NCBI GenBank assembly: GCA_046318675.1 | Contig: JBKCUA010000013.1 | Span: 109,042-173,041, forward strand | Origin: Holosporales bacterium | Lineage (GTDB): Bacteria > Pseudomonadota > Alphaproteobacteria > JAJTHO01 | Length of the DNA stretch: 64,000 nucleotides | Reading direction: 5' to 3' | Part shown: one piece after another, positions 30,671 to 41,562 of the stretch | Position numbering within the stretch: position 1 is the first letter of the stretch | Layout: each line of letters starts with the position of its first letter | Notes under the pieces: generated by a model | What the model saw: the letters and a program-made list of their open reading frames with translations, nothing else | Told to the model about the DNA's origin: nothing | Database searches by the model: none | Translations under genes and position numbers: made by a program

Positions 30671-31975
30671 ATGGCTCTTGCTGCTTCATACCCATCAACA
30701 TCGGGAAATTCTTTTTTTCAAAACTCGCTAACAACAACCGATCCCGATATTTCATCATGGATTAACAATGAACTTACGAGGCAGCAAACCCAGATTGAAC
30801 TTATTGCTTCAGAAAATATCGTCTCGAAAGCCGTGCTTGAGGCTCAAGGTTCGGTACTCACCAACAAATACGCCGAAGGCTATCCCGGCAAAAGATATTA
30901 TGGTGGCTGTGACTTTGTAGATGGCGTAGAACTCCTTGCCATTGAACGGGCAAAAAAGTTGTTTTCTTGCAAATATATCAATGTTCAGCCTCATTCCGGG
31001 GCTCAAGCAAACCAAGCTGTCTTTCTAACCCTTGTAAAACCGGGGGATACCATTTTAGGGATGTCATTAGCTTCTGGTGGGCATCTTACCCACGGTGCTG
31101 CCCCAAACTTATCCGGTAAATGGTTTAACGCAGTACAATATGGCGTGCGTCGAGACGATGGATTACTTGATTATGAAGAAGTCGCCCAACTGGCGACTCA
31201 ACATAAGCCAAAACTCATTATTGCCGGGGGATCAGCCTACCCGCGCCTCATTGACTTTGCCCGTTTTAGAGCCATTGCGGATAGTGTTGGCGCGTATTTT
31301 ATGGTGGATATGGCGCATTTTGCTGGGTTAGTAGCGGCGGGTATTTATCCCTCTCCCCTCCCCTATGCGCATGTAGTAACAACAACAACCCATAAAACCC
31401 TCCGCGGTCCACGCGGCGGCATGATCTTGAGCAACGATGAAGAACTGGGCAAAAAAATTAACAGTGCCGTGTTTCCCGGTCTGCAAGGTGGTCCGTTGAT
31501 GCACGTTATTGCCGGTAAAGCGGTTTCCTTTGGGGAGGCACTGCAACCTAACTTCAAAGAGTACGCAAAAGCCGTTGTTGCCAATGCAAAAACCGTGGCG
31601 GAGACCCTTATAGAGCGAGGCTTGGCCGTGGTGACGGGCGGCACCGACACTCATTTAGCACTCATTGATCTGCGGCCAAAAAAACTTACCGGCAAAGTCG
31701 CCGAGGCAAGCCTTGAACACGCCGGCATGACCTGTAACAAAAATGCCATCCCCTACGATCCGGAAAAACCTGCGTTTACCTCCGGCATTCGCGTTGGTTC
31801 TCCCGCCGCGACCACCCGCGGTTTTGGCGTGTCAGAGTTTCGCCAGATTGGTCATTGGGCTGGTGATGTCTTGGATGGATTGGCGCTTGGTACTGGGGAT
31901 AATAGCGCAGTAGAAAAGCGCGTGCGTGCTGAAGTTGCTGCACTATGCAAAAAATTTCCGATTTATAATAGCTAA
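30671..31975 (+). CDS. glyA: serine hydroxymethyltransferase
   Basis: 434 aa; PLP-lysine motif [14 protein letters not shown]. Confidence 0.95.
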   Translation: MALAASYPSTSGNSFFQNSLTTTDPDISSWINNELTRQQTQIELIASENIVSKAVLEAQGSVLTNKYAEGYPGKRYYGGCDFVDGVELLAIERAKKLFSCKYINVQPHSGAQANQAVFLTLVKPGDTILGMSLASGGHLTHGAAPNLSGKWFNAVQYGVRRDDGLLDYEEVAQLATQHKPKLIIAGGSAYPRLIDFARFRAIADSVGAYFMVDMAHFAGLVAAGIYPSPLPYAHVVTTTTHKTLRGPRGGMILSNDEELGKKINSAVFPGLQGGPLMHVIAGKAVSFGEALQPNFKEYAKAVVANAKTVAETLIERGLAVVTGGTDTHLALIDLRPKKLTGKVAEASLEHAGMTCNKNAIPYDPEKPAFTSGIRVGSPAATTRGFGVSEFRQIGHWAGDVLDGLALGTGDNSAVEKRVRAEVAALCKKFPIYNS

Positions 31976-32764
31976 TTAGCCCTCCGCCAACGCCCCCTTA
32001 CGCGGCAGCCGTGCCAGCAGCCTGTCAATCAACCCGGCTGGAAGATTAGCCAAAAGCCAGCAAACGACATACAACCGCCGTGGGAAAGCTATCAGGGCTT
32101 TGTTTCGGGCAACGCCGTGGGCGATAGTGGCAGCAGCTTGCTCCGCACTCACCATCAACGGCATCGTAAAATCGTTGGTATCCGTCATGGGTGTTTTGAT
32201 GTACCCAGGACACACGACGGTGATACCAATGCCTCGGTAACGATACAGAGCACGCAGGGCTTCACCGTACACTTTCACCGCCGCCTTACTGGCGCAATAG
32301 GCTGGCGCACCCGCAAAGCCGCGAAAGGCGGCCAAGCTGCTAATAATCGCCAGATGCCCCTTGCCCGCAGCTTCCATAGCAGGCAGTGCCGCATGAAGAG
32401 TGTGCAGCACCCCTTCGACGTTGGTCTGAAAAATAAGCCGCCGCTGGATATCCGATTCCTCCCCCGCATTGGCCGTACCGCCGGACACCCCGGCGTTGGC
32501 AATAACCAAGTCAAACGCCTCCCCCGCCAGCCATTCCTTCACCGTGCCGGGAAAACGCACGTCGACATTATGTATGGAGACTGTTGCGCCTTTGGCTTTA
32601 CAGGCTTTAGCGACAGATTCTAGCTTCGGCAGCGAACGCCCAGCCAAGCTTAACGTCACCCCCGGGGCGGCATAGTGCTGCGCCAGGGCGGCACCAAGGC
32701 CACTGCTAGCCCCGGTAATGGCAATGCGAGCAAAGGATTTTGGCGTGGATTTTCTGAAGATCAT
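31976..32764 (-). CDS. SDR-family short-chain dehydrogenase/reductase
   Basis: 262 aa; TGASSGLG Rossmann motif, YxxxK catalytic motif (YCASKAA). Confidence 0.8.
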   Translation of the reverse strand: MIFRKSTPKSFARIAITGASSGLGAALAQHYAAPGVTLSLAGRSLPKLESVAKACKAKGATVSIHNVDVRFPGTVKEWLAGEAFDLVIANAGVSGGTANAGEESDIQRRLIFQTNVEGVLHTLHAALPAMEAAGKGHLAIISSLAAFRGFAGAPAYCASKAAVKVYGEALRALYRYRGIGITVVCPGYIKTPMTDTNDFTMPLMVSAEQAAATIAHGVARNKALIAFPRRLYVVCWLLANLPAGLIDRLLARLPRKGALAEG

Positions 32765-32780
32765 AGGCTAATCCTAGCCC

Positions 32781-33419
32781 ATGGCTGTGCTCCACGACAA
32801 CCCTGGCTTAATGCTGGTACTTTCTTCTCCCTCAGGGGCGGGCAAAACAACCATTTGCCGGGAGTTGCTGCGCCGTAATCCCCGCCTGCGGGCTTCTGTT
32901 TCAGCAACAACCCGTAACCCCCGCCCCGGGGAAAAAGATGGTCAGGATTATTTCTTTATTACCCATGAAAAATTCCAAGAAATGGCAACAAAGAAAGCGT
33001 TTTTAGAATACGCAACGGTGTTCAAAAACCATTATGGAACCCCCCGCGCCCCGGTGGAGGCAGCGTTGGCCGAGGGTTATGATATGCTGTTCGATATTGA
33101 CTGGCAGGGTGCCCAGCAAATCAAGCAGGCGGCGCGCAAGCAGATGCTCAGCGTCTTTATCCTGCCGCCGTCCCTGATGGAACTCCGCCGCCGCTTAGAA
33201 GGGCGCGGGGGTGACAGTGCTGAGGTCATCAACTACCGCATGAGTCGCGCTTTAGAGGAAATCGGCCACTGGGCGGACTATGACTTTGTTATTATTAACT
33301 ATGATCTCGATCGGTCCATCGCCGATGTGGAAGCTATCCTCCGGGCCGAAAAGCTCCGCCGCAATCGACAAGATGGACTGACGGATTTTATTCGGGGGTT
33401 GAAGGCGGAGGTGGAGTAG
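32781..33419 (+). CDS. gmk: guanylate kinase
   Basis: 212 aa; P-loop SSPSGAGKTT. Confidence 0.85.
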   Translation: MAVLHDNPGLMLVLSSPSGAGKTTICRELLRRNPRLRASVSATTRNPRPGEKDGQDYFFITHEKFQEMATKKAFLEYATVFKNHYGTPRAPVEAALAEGYDMLFDIDWQGAQQIKQAARKQMLSVFILPPSLMELRRRLEGRGGDSAEVINYRMSRALEEIGHWADYDFVIINYDLDRSIADVEAILRAEKLRRNRQDGLTDFIRGLKAEVE

Positions 33420-33876
33420 GTTCTAAATCAAGCACCTGCTGCAGCACCACCGCCGCCGCGACTTTATCCCGCACCGCCGCCCTAGTATCTCGGCGTAAAT
33501 CCGCCTCAAGCAACATGCGCTCCGCCGTGCTGGTGGTAAAGCGTTCTTCGGCCCAGAGGATGGGCAAGGCGGGCCGTTCCCGGTGAATCGTCCGGGTAAA
33601 CTGCTCCACGCCTTGAGTGGTGGGGAGTTTTTTTCCCTCAAGGGTCAGGGGATACCCGATGACAAGGCCACACACGGCTTCCTTGTCTATTCTTGTAAAA
33701 ATATCCCTCAGAAGCAGTGCTCCCTTGGTGCGCTCCAACACCTCCCAAGGCGTGGCAACACAGCGGCCGGGATCAGATAAGGCCAACCCCACCCGACGGC
33801 GGCCATAATCAATAGCCAATATTCGCCCCACACGCGGTAGGCAGGCACAAAAATCATGAGTATTACGGTACAGCAA
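33388..33876 (-). CDS. ruvX: Holliday-junction resolvase-like RuvX/YqgF
   Basis: ILAIDYGRRRVGLALSD RNase H-like fold motif; true start may lie downstream of the ORF Met. Confidence 0.8.
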   Translation of the reverse strand: MLYRNTHDFCACLPRVGRILAIDYGRRRVGLALSDPGRCVATPWEVLERTKGALLLRDIFTRIDKEAVCGLVIGYPLTLEGKKLPTTQGVEQFTRTIHRERPALPILWAEERFTTSTAERMLLEADLRRDTRAAVRDKVAAAVVLQQVLDLEPTPPPPSTPE

Positions 33877-33937
33877 GGTTGCCAGCTTTAACGTATTGCG
33901 CTATGAAAAAAAGCATTTTCTTGTGGGGGAAAATCTT

Positions 33938-34600
33938 ATGAGCCATACTATTATTACGATTGCCCAGCAAAAAGGCGGTGCCGGGAAAACAACATTAGCC
34001 GTTCATCTGGCCACTACCTGGTGCCTCCAGGGCAAGAATGTTGCTCTGGTGGATATTGATCCGCAGGGTAGCTTAACGCGCTGGTATGATGTTCGCAAAA
34101 CCACTTATGGGAACACGGCACTACAACCAGAAGTTCGCACCGTCACCGGGTGGCGATTATCCAACGAGGTTTCTCGTCTTGCTGAGTCCCATGATATTGT
34201 CATTATTGACTCCCCCCCCCATACACAATCAGAGGCAAAAAGTGCCATTCGTTCCGCAACGGCGGTGATTATGCCGGTGCAGCCCAGCCCGATGGATTTA
34301 TGGGCAACGGAACCTACTTTACGTCTGTGCCGCGATGAAAAAGTACCGGCATTAGTGGTTCTCAACCGCGTCCCCGCCCGGACACTACTAACCGAACAGA
34401 TTCGGACTAAATTAATTGATGAATTAAACGCAAAGATCGCGAACACTCAACTGGGTAATCGGGTTCAACTGGCCAGCACTCTGCTCAAGGGTCGGGGTAT
34501 TGGGGAACTTGCCCCGCGCACCCCAGCGGCCGAGGAAATTGAAGAGTTAGCAACAGAAGTCTTTCGTTTTTCAAAAAACAAGGTTCCCGAACCCGCATAA
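33938..34600 (+). CDS. orphan ParA/MinD-family ATPase
   Basis: Deviant Walker [11 protein letters not shown]; likely start [10 protein letters not shown] at 33938; no adjacent ParB. Confidence 0.7.
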   Translation: MSHTIITIAQQKGGAGKTTLAVHLATTWCLQGKNVALVDIDPQGSLTRWYDVRKTTYGNTALQPEVRTVTGWRLSNEVSRLAESHDIVIIDSPPHTQSEAKSAIRSATAVIMPVQPSPMDLWATEPTLRLCRDEKVPALVVLNRVPARTLLTEQIRTKLIDELNAKIANTQLGNRVQLASTLLKGRGIGELAPRTPAAEEIEELATEVFRFSKNKVPEPA

Positions 34601-36474
34601 TGATGTCCTTATCTTTTGATGTGTTGGTCATTGGCGGTGGCCACGCCGGATGCGAAGCAGCAGCGGCGGCGGCGCGGACTGGTGCGCGCACAGCCCTGCT
34701 TACCCTCGATCCAACCAATATTGGCGAGATGTCTTGTAACCCGGCCATTGGCGGAATTGGTAAAGGGCACTTGGTTGCGGAAATAGATGCCTTGGACGGC
34801 GTGATGGCCAAAGCCGCCGACAGAGCCGGTATTCAATTTCGGCTTCTAAACCGCAGCCGCGGTGCGGCAGTACAAGGAAACCGGGCACAAATCGATCGCA
34901 AGCTGTACCGCCGGGCGATGCAGGGTATTTTGAAGCAACAAGAGAATCTTACGATACTCAAGGGCGAAGCGGCCGATTTCGTACTGGACGCACAAAGCCA
35001 CATTGCCGGGGTAGAAACCACCGATGGCCGCATCATTAAGACTGGTGCTGTCGTGCTAACCACCGGAACATTCCTCGGCGGCATCATTCACCAAGGGGAA
35101 AAACAATGGCCTGCCGGACGGTATGGCGAGCAAGCAGTGGTAAAGTTAAGCCAACGGTTGCGCGGCCTAGGTCTGTCCATAGGCCGCCTAAAGACAGGAA
35201 CCCCGGCGCGACTGTTTGCCGGAAGCATTCACTGGAACCGCTTGCAACGTCAAGAAGGCGATAGTAATCCGCGGCCATTTTCTGCATTAACCAAAACACT
35301 GATAACAAAGCAAGTTCCCTGCTATATCACCCGCACCACCCCACAAACACACGCGATTATTGCCGCCAACAAGCACCGATCCCCGGTATATTCTGGACAG
35401 ATAAATTCGGTGGGACCAAGGTATTGCCCCTCCATTGAGGATAAAGTCACCCGCTTTGCCGATCGTGATGGACACCAGATTTTTCTTGAGCCTGAAGGAC
35501 TGGACGATCCTCTAATTTACCCCAACGGGATTTCCACCGCTTTACCCATAGAAGTGCAAGACGCCTTCCTGCGAACAATTCCGGGTCTTGAGGATGTGCG
35601 CGTGCACCGATACGCTTACGCCATTGAGTATGATTTTCTTGATCCGCGCCAGTTATGGCCGACACTGGAGTCCAAAGCTATTCCCGGTTTGTTCTGCGCT
35701 GGACAAATCAATGGTACTACTGGATATGAAGAAGCTGCCGCACAGGGTTTGGCGGCAGGCCTCAACGCCGCGCGCAAGGCCGGTGGCTTGAGCGGTATTA
35801 CTTTCAACCGTGAGACAAGTTATATCGGTGTTCTCATTGACGATCTGGTGCACAAAGGAACGGAAGAACCCTACCGAATGTTTACCGCACGGGCGGAAAA
35901 TCGCCTGCATTTGCGCGCCGATAATGCAGCAGAACGCTTAACAACACTTGGGCTGGAAACCGGCCTTATCAATAAGGAGCGCGCTGTGTTTCATGCAAAG
36001 CAGCAAGAAACACTAACGCTATTAAAAAAAGCCGCGCTTGAGCTGGCTTGGACACCTATGCAGTTGGCCAAAATGAACATAACGGTAAGTGCCGATGGCC
36101 GTCGGCGAACATTGCTGGAATTAATAGCAAAAAGTCATGTCGCGATAGAGCAAGCTCGTGCGCTGTGCCCGGCTTGGGTCAATGCGGACATCTTGCTGTT
36201 AGAGCGGCTTCAAGCATCGGCGTACTACGGGATAGAACAAGAACGTCTTGCTCTAGAAACAGGGCAATTGGGTGATGGCGGACTATTGCTACCTGCGGAT
36301 TTGGATTATGCTGGTATTTCCGGTCTTTCTAATGAGGAGCGAGGAAAACTCACCTTAGTACGTCCAGCAACCCTAGCAGCAGCAGGGCGTATTCCTGGTG
36401 TGACCCCAGCAGGGGTATTATGCTTGCTGCGTCATGTGCGTATTGAAGCAAAGAAAAGCAGGGTAGCGGCATGA
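34600..36474 (+). CDS. mnmG: tRNA uridine-5-carboxymethylaminomethyl modification enzyme MnmG (GidA)
   Basis: 624 aa; FAD-binding [12 protein letters not shown] and conserved MnmG blocks. Confidence 0.95.
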   Translation: MMSLSFDVLVIGGGHAGCEAAAAAARTGARTALLTLDPTNIGEMSCNPAIGGIGKGHLVAEIDALDGVMAKAADRAGIQFRLLNRSRGAAVQGNRAQIDRKLYRRAMQGILKQQENLTILKGEAADFVLDAQSHIAGVETTDGRIIKTGAVVLTTGTFLGGIIHQGEKQWPAGRYGEQAVVKLSQRLRGLGLSIGRLKTGTPARLFAGSIHWNRLQRQEGDSNPRPFSALTKTLITKQVPCYITRTTPQTHAIIAANKHRSPVYSGQINSVGPRYCPSIEDKVTRFADRDGHQIFLEPEGLDDPLIYPNGISTALPIEVQDAFLRTIPGLEDVRVHRYAYAIEYDFLDPRQLWPTLESKAIPGLFCAGQINGTTGYEEAAAQGLAAGLNAARKAGGLSGITFNRETSYIGVLIDDLVHKGTEEPYRMFTARAENRLHLRADNAAERLTTLGLETGLINKERAVFHAKQQETLTLLKKAALELAWTPMQLAKMNITVSADGRRRTLLELIAKSHVAIEQARALCPAWVNADILLLERLQASAYYGIEQERLALETGQLGDGGLLLPADLDYAGISGLSNEERGKLTLVRPATLAAAGRIPGVTPAGVLCLLRHVRIEAKKSRVAA

Positions 36475-37046
36475 ATTTACAATATTACGATGCTTGTTGG
36501 GATGATCACAAAATAGTATCCGCATCCACCCCCAATGCCTGCCGCGAAGGATTTGCAAAATTGTTGCAACTGGGCGTGACCAGTATCCGATCCGGCGGGA
36601 AAATTGTTCTATTTGGCAACGGCGGCAGCGCGGCGGATGCCCAACACCTTGCTACAGAACTAACCGTACGATTTGGTAAAAATCGCCCGCCAATTCCGGC
36701 ATTAGCACTAACTACAGATACATCAGCACTCACGGCAATTGGTAATGATTTTGATTTCTCGATGCTTTTTGCCCGGCAAGTAGAGGCATTAGTAAGCCCT
36801 GCTGATTTAGTTATTGGAATCAGCACCTCCGGCAACAGCACCAACGTCATTAATGGCCTTGAAGCCGCAAAAACTAAAGGTGCTTTTGTCGCTGCGTTCA
36901 GTGGTGGCAGCGGCGGTTTATTATCAGGACTTGTTGATCCGCTTTTGTGTGTGCCCAGCACCAATACAGCCAGGATTCAGGAAATGCATATTACCCTAGG
37001 TCAAATTTTTTGCGGTGCGCTGGAACAAAACCTTGGATACGTCTAG
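36471..37046 (+). CDS. SIS-domain phosphoheptose isomerase-like protein (GmhA/DiaA-like)
   Basis: 191 aa; [11 protein letters not shown] and ISTSGNS SIS-domain motifs. Confidence 0.65.
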   Translation: MNLQYYDACWDDHKIVSASTPNACREGFAKLLQLGVTSIRSGGKIVLFGNGGSAADAQHLATELTVRFGKNRPPIPALALTTDTSALTAIGNDFDFSMLFARQVEALVSPADLVIGISTSGNSTNVINGLEAAKTKGAFVAAFSGGSGGLLSGLVDPLLCVPSTNTARIQEMHITLGQIFCGALEQNLGYV

Positions 37047-37593
37047 AATAAACCTTTATCGCCGGGAACTGGAGTCTTGGGCATCTAAAACCGCCCTTAT
37101 TTCAAAAAATCAGCGACAACATATCGATGATCAAATTGCCGACAGCGCAGCGCTGATTCCGTGGCTACATGGCACACAGTTACGAATTGCCGATGTGGGC
37201 AGTGGCAATGGCCTGCCAGGGGTGGTGTTAGCCTGCGCCTTGCCGAGGAACCACTACACGTTTATTGAGAGCAACCATAAAAAAGCGGCTTTTCTACAAC
37301 ATCTTACTCAAAAACTTTCCCTACCAGTGACGGTGCGTTGTGCTAGAGTGGAAAGCCTGCCCCCGTTGGATGTGGATTATTTCACTGCCAAGGCATTTGC
37401 GCCATTGCCGCGACTACTGGAGCTGCTGGATACCATTGCGCCAGAGAACCGACGATTGCTCCTTCTCAAAGGAAAAAACATTGACACAGAGATAGCAGAA
37501 GCGAGGAGACAGTGGACTTTTTCTTCTCTAGAGGTTACAGCCACAGCGACGGGGTCTTTTATCGTAGCTATCAGGGGGTGGAAACGTGGTTGA
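37015..37593 (+). CDS. rsmG: 16S rRNA (guanine527-N7)-methyltransferase RsmG (GidB)
   Basis: 192 aa; SAM motif DVGSGNGLPG; position after mnmG. Confidence 0.8.
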   Translation: MRWNKTLDTSRINLYRRELESWASKTALISKNQRQHIDDQIADSAALIPWLHGTQLRIADVGSGNGLPGVVLACALPRNHYTFIESNHKKAAFLQHLTQKLSLPVTVRCARVESLPPLDVDYFTAKAFAPLPRLLELLDTIAPENRRLLLLKGKNIDTEIAEARRQWTFSSLEVTATATGSFIVAIRGWKRG

Positions 37594-37627
37594 AGTGTTG
37601 CAAGGTAGCGCACATGACGTTGAGCCG

Positions 37628-38443
37628 ATGCTAAAGCCTGAGCGTCGACCCCGTATCATTGCCCTTGCCAACCAAAAAGGTGGGGTGGGGAAAACCACAA
37701 CAGCAGTAAACCTGGCCACGGCACTTGCAGCGATTAAACGCAAAGTATTGCTTATTGATCTTGATCCTCAGGGAAATGCCAGTACCGGTTTCGGTCTCGC
37801 CGATAAAAAACAAATTACTAAGGGTATTTATCAGGCATTGTTAGGCGAGACATCGTTATCAGATGTTATTTTACCTACCCGTATTCCCGGATTGGACGTG
37901 GTGCCCGCTACTGCCGACCTCATGGGAGCTGAGCTAGAGCTAGTGGACGTTGCGGATCGGGAAAAAAAGCTGCGCCAAACATTTGGCAATCTTGATCGGT
38001 ACTATGATTTTATTTTTATTGATTGTCCGCCTGCGTTGGGGTTGCTCACTCTCAATGCTCTAGTAGCGGCCAACGGTGTTTTAGTACCATTGCAATGCGA
38101 GTATTACGCCCTTGAGGGGCTGAGTGGCCTTGTTAAAACTTTAGATCGCGTCCGCCAAGCCTACAATAGAGAGCTTATCATTCAAGGTATTGTCCTAACA
38201 ATGTTCGATCGCCGCAATCGGTTATGTGAGGGCGTAGCCGAAGATGTACGCGGCTTTTTTGGCGATAAAGTTTATAAAATTGCTATTCCCCGCAACGTCC
38301 GGGTATCCGAAGCCCCTTCCCACGGGGTGCCTGTTATGCTCTACGATCCACGGTGCCCTGGGGCGCGTGCTTATATGGAACTAGCCAGTGAATTTTTACA
38401 GCGTGAAAAAGCCCGTGTTGTTATGGAGACGCCTGTATCATGA
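37628..38443 (+). CDS. parA: chromosome-partitioning ATPase ParA
   Basis: Deviant Walker A NQKGGVGKTTT; upstream of parB; ORF begins 37586 but conserved core starts near 37628. Confidence 0.9.
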   Translation: MLKPERRPRIIALANQKGGVGKTTTAVNLATALAAIKRKVLLIDLDPQGNASTGFGLADKKQITKGIYQALLGETSLSDVILPTRIPGLDVVPATADLMGAELELVDVADREKKLRQTFGNLDRYYDFIFIDCPPALGLLTLNALVAANGVLVPLQCEYYALEGLSGLVKTLDRVRQAYNRELIIQGIVLTMFDRRNRLCEGVAEDVRGFFGDKVYKIAIPRNVRVSEAPSHGVPVMLYDPRCPGARAYMELASEFLQREKARVVMETPVS

Positions 38444-39378
38444 CATCCGTTGTTACCCCTTCCACTTTAACAGGGAAAAAAGCCGGGCTTGGTCGGGGAT
38501 TGTCCGCATTATTTGCCCCAACAGGGGAGACTCAAGAAACACAAGAAAGCGTGTTGCAGTTGCCCATGCGCCAAGTGCGCCCCAACACCCAACAACCGCG
38601 GCGGCATTTTGATGAAACGGCTTTAACCGAATTAGCCGATTCCATTCGCACCCACGGAGTGCTGCAACCCATTATCGTCCGCAAAGTTGCAGATGCGTAT
38701 GAAATTATCGCCGGGGAACGCCGCTGGCGCGCAACAGGCAAAGCGGGACTAGAAACGATTCCCGCTATCGTACGAACAGCAGACGATCGCGAAGCACTAG
38801 AACTAGCACTACTAGAAAATTTACAGCGTGAAGACCTTAACCCCTTGGAAGAAGCAGAATGCTATCAGCAATTGCTCAAGGCGGGATTATACGATCACGC
38901 AGGTTTGGCCCAACGGCTAGGGCTGAGCCGCAGTTATGTGTCCAACCAAGTGCGCCTGCTCAATCTTGCCCCCGCAACCCGCGCCATGCTAGCCGCAGGC
39001 CGCATTGGCCCCGCCCATGCGCGTCTTATTCTCTCACTTCCGGCAGATCAGCATGACGATCTCGCAGAGCGCATTGAAAAAGAACATCTTACTGTACGCC
39101 AAGTAGAAGTATTATTGCGATTTGGTGATACGATACCTGAGCCTGATGTAAGCGAAAACAATGATACTAAATCAGCATCTCAAACTTTCCAGCGTCGCTT
39201 GCCTGACCCCGCTTTTACAAAATATATCAATATTTTGCAGCAACGCTGGCACGCCCCAGTGCGCCTACGTCGGGTGCAGGAAAGTGGCGTAGAAGTCCGC
39301 GTATGCTTTAAAACCGAAGCAGAATTTCATGCATTTCTGGAAACAGTGCCCACCGCAACAATTTCCCAAAAGAAATGA
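38440..39378 (+). CDS. parB: chromosome-partitioning protein ParB
   Basis: 312 aa; ParB box GERRWRA, HTH region; coupled to parA. Confidence 0.9.
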   Translation: MTSVVTPSTLTGKKAGLGRGLSALFAPTGETQETQESVLQLPMRQVRPNTQQPRRHFDETALTELADSIRTHGVLQPIIVRKVADAYEIIAGERRWRATGKAGLETIPAIVRTADDREALELALLENLQREDLNPLEEAECYQQLLKAGLYDHAGLAQRLGLSRSYVSNQVRLLNLAPATRAMLAAGRIGPAHARLILSLPADQHDDLAERIEKEHLTVRQVEVLLRFGDTIPEPDVSENNDTKSASQTFQRRLPDPAFTKYINILQQRWHAPVRLRRVQESGVEVRVCFKTEAEFHAFLETVPTATISQKK

Positions 39379-39478
39379 TACCGCTTTGCGTTCAATATGT
39401 AGAAATTATCTGCGCAAAGCGGCCAGCCCGCGCGGCGTTTGAGCGAATCATTTTGCAATCATTTGATGGCAAAATGGT

Positions 39479-40144
39479 ATGAGTACTCTCATTCATTTTA
39501 TTGCTCCGCAAACTATTCTTGATGCATACCGCCTAGGACTATTTCCTATGGGGCAAACTCGGGATGATCCGACAGTCTATTGGGTGCAACCAACGTGGCG
39601 GGGCATTCTCCCTTTTGATAAGTTCCATGTGCCCCGCAGTCTCGCTAAAACTTGGCGGCGCGGAGATTTTGAAATTCGCATAGATACTGATTTCCGCTCT
39701 GTCATTCGAGCCTGCGCCGACAATCGCCGAGCAAGTACGGATTCTTGGATTAATGACACTATTCTGGAAACCTTTACTGAATTAAACATACTCGGTCATG
39801 CTCACTCCATAGAATGCTGGCGCGGTTCCGATCTCATTGGTGGTTTATATGGTCTCGTCATCGGCGGGGCTTTCTTTGGAGAATCAATGTTTAGCCGCGC
39901 ACCGGATGCAAGCAAATTAGCTCTCATTGATTTGGTTGCCCGCCTGCGGTTTAGCGGCTTCTGCCTTCTTGACACCCAATTTGTTAACAAACATTTACAA
40001 CGCTTTGGTGCAATAGAAATCCCCAAGGCAGCTTTCTCTAGAATGTTGGAGGATGCTTTAAAAATCAGCCCTGTTTTCTACCGTGGTATGTTACCAGAAG
40101 GAGCAGTATCAGGATTTTTACATCCTAACAACCAAACATCATAA
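39479..40144 (+). CDS. aat: leucyl/phenylalanyl-tRNA--protein transferase
   Basis: 221 aa; YRLGLFPM and conserved Aat core. Confidence 0.85.
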   Translation: MSTLIHFIAPQTILDAYRLGLFPMGQTRDDPTVYWVQPTWRGILPFDKFHVPRSLAKTWRRGDFEIRIDTDFRSVIRACADNRRASTDSWINDTILETFTELNILGHAHSIECWRGSDLIGGLYGLVIGGAFFGESMFSRAPDASKLALIDLVARLRFSGFCLLDTQFVNKHLQRFGAIEIPKAAFSRMLEDALKISPVFYRGMLPEGAVSGFLHPNNQTS

Positions 40145-40602
40145 ACGGGATGTTCTAACGCCGATAGAGCTGGGCTACTGGCAAACATCCACCCAGTAAA
40201 GCGACGGATATTTTCGTAACTTGGTTTCTGCTCATCAATTTCAATAAAGGCCGCACTATCGGGAACTTCTTCATCCACAGTATTTTGGCAAGCTCGCACG
40301 GAAAGTCTTAATGTACCAAATCGCACCACCTTATCCACACCAGCCTCAAATCTACTAACTCTTGCTGTTATTTTATCCAAACCTTGGAGCACAGCAATGC
40401 TATTAGGAGTATATTTCTTCGCTGTCGTACCTACAGCTTGCGGAGGAAGAACAGGATCAAGCCCCCCCTGACTTTCCGGCTCAGTTCCCAAGGGAACACT
40501 CACTGTTTCCTCAATTACAGGTGTTTGTTCTACTCCAATTTGCGCCATAGCAGAGAACTGGATCAATAAGATTGCCAGCCCACAAACAATAGCACGCATC
40601 AA
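40078..40602 (-). CDS. secreted DUF2155-like protein
   Basis: 174 aa with signal peptide; conserved neighbour of the MlaD-like and NDUFA12-like genes in alphaproteobacteria. Confidence 0.5.
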   Translation of the reverse strand: MMRAIVCGLAILLIQFSAMAQIGVEQTPVIEETVSVPLGTEPESQGGLDPVLPPQAVGTTAKKYTPNSIAVLQGLDKITARVSRFEAGVDKVVRFGTLRLSVRACQNTVDEEVPDSAAFIEIDEQKPSYENIRRFTGWMFASSPALSALEHPVYDVWLLGCKNPDTAPSGNIPR

Positions 40603-41108
40603 GGCTGTGCCCCCAAAGGACTGACTGTAGGAGTTGTCACAGTTTTTTCTCCATTTCCACCACTCGCCGAAGAAAATACAAATCTTGCCAACAAATCGCT
40701 TAAATTTGTAGGAGCTTCCGTAAAAGCAAAAGTCTCACCATTTTTAAGCGTATCCGGATCGCCGCCGGGAGTAATTGCAACAAAGTTACCACCCAATAAT
40801 CCCTCTGAAGCAACCGTGATAACAGAATCTCTGGGCAATTGGATACTTTCGTCTAATGTTACACTAAGGCGGGCGAGAAAAGTGCGTTGATCCAAGCTAA
40901 GATTGCTGACGCGACCCACCTTGATTCCAGCAATACGAACATCTGTACCGACGGTCACACTACCCACCTTGCTAAAAACAGCGTGCAGTACATAACCATC
41001 TTTCACCCCACGATGGGTGGTGCTGCTATTATAAGCAAATATTACAAAAACACCCGCGATAAGAAGAACTACAGCCCCCAATATAGTTTCAAAAACACTA
41101 CGGCTCAT
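40599..41108 (-). CDS. MlaD/Mce-domain outer-membrane lipid asymmetry protein
   Basis: 169 aa; N-terminal TM anchor then Mce domain (GIKVGRV…). Confidence 0.65.
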   Translation of the reverse strand: MSRSVFETILGAVVLLIAGVFVIFAYNSSTTHRGVKDGYVLHAVFSKVGSVTVGTDVRIAGIKVGRVSNLSLDQRTFLARLSVTLDESIQLPRDSVITVASEGLLGGNFVAITPGGDPDTLKNGETFAFTEAPTNLSDLLARFVFSSASGGNGEKTVTTPTVSPLGAQP

Positions 41109-41521
41109 ACGTCATTCTTTCTGGAAAAAGCTGTTTTTTGTACAGGAGGGCACCATGCTTCATAATCTCCTGTAGCGTGAGAACGGTGACTACCCCAGCG
41201 TAACTCTCCCGGAGGGTAATAAGCATAAATAGTTCCTGTCAAATTAGGTGTATGATTTTTTTGCCAAACATAGCGATATCTCTCCAATTGGGGTAGGGTA
41301 TTTTCAGTACGAGTAAGCCAAGCCTGCCATTCTGGTGGAACTTTAGATGCTTCTGTGGAACCCTTAAAAAGCACCCAGCGTCGTGCGTCTTTTTTATCAT
41401 GAAAATAACGATTACCAAAACTGTCCGCACCCACGTATTGACCTACCCACCAAGTTTTAAGCTGCATTCCCAAACGGCTGAAGTCCATTATCCTTTTCCT
41501 GTTCATGTTATTGTGATACAC
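41105..41521 (-). CDS. NADH:ubiquinone oxidoreductase 17.2-kDa subunit (NDUFA12) family protein
   Basis: TWWVGQYVGADSFGNRYF motif of the NDUFA12 family. Confidence 0.65.
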   Translation of the reverse strand: MYHNNMNRKRIMDFSRLGMQLKTWWVGQYVGADSFGNRYFHDKKDARRWVLFKGSTEASKVPPEWQAWLTRTENTLPQLERYRYVWQKNHTPNLTGTIYAYYPPGELRWGSHRSHATGDYEAWCPPVQKTAFSRKNDV

Positions 41522-41562
41522 GCCTGTCGTCTATTGTCAATTCTAAGGGAAGGAAGTTTTTA

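Noticed and set aside
40078-40144. 67-bp convergent overlap between aat and the DUF2155-like gene; similar 32-bp overlap gmk/ruvX and 28-bp pyrD/GNAT
   Set aside because: Convergent 3' overlaps of this size are common in compact genomes and both partners have conserved C-termini. There is no evidence of frameshift or pseudogenisation.
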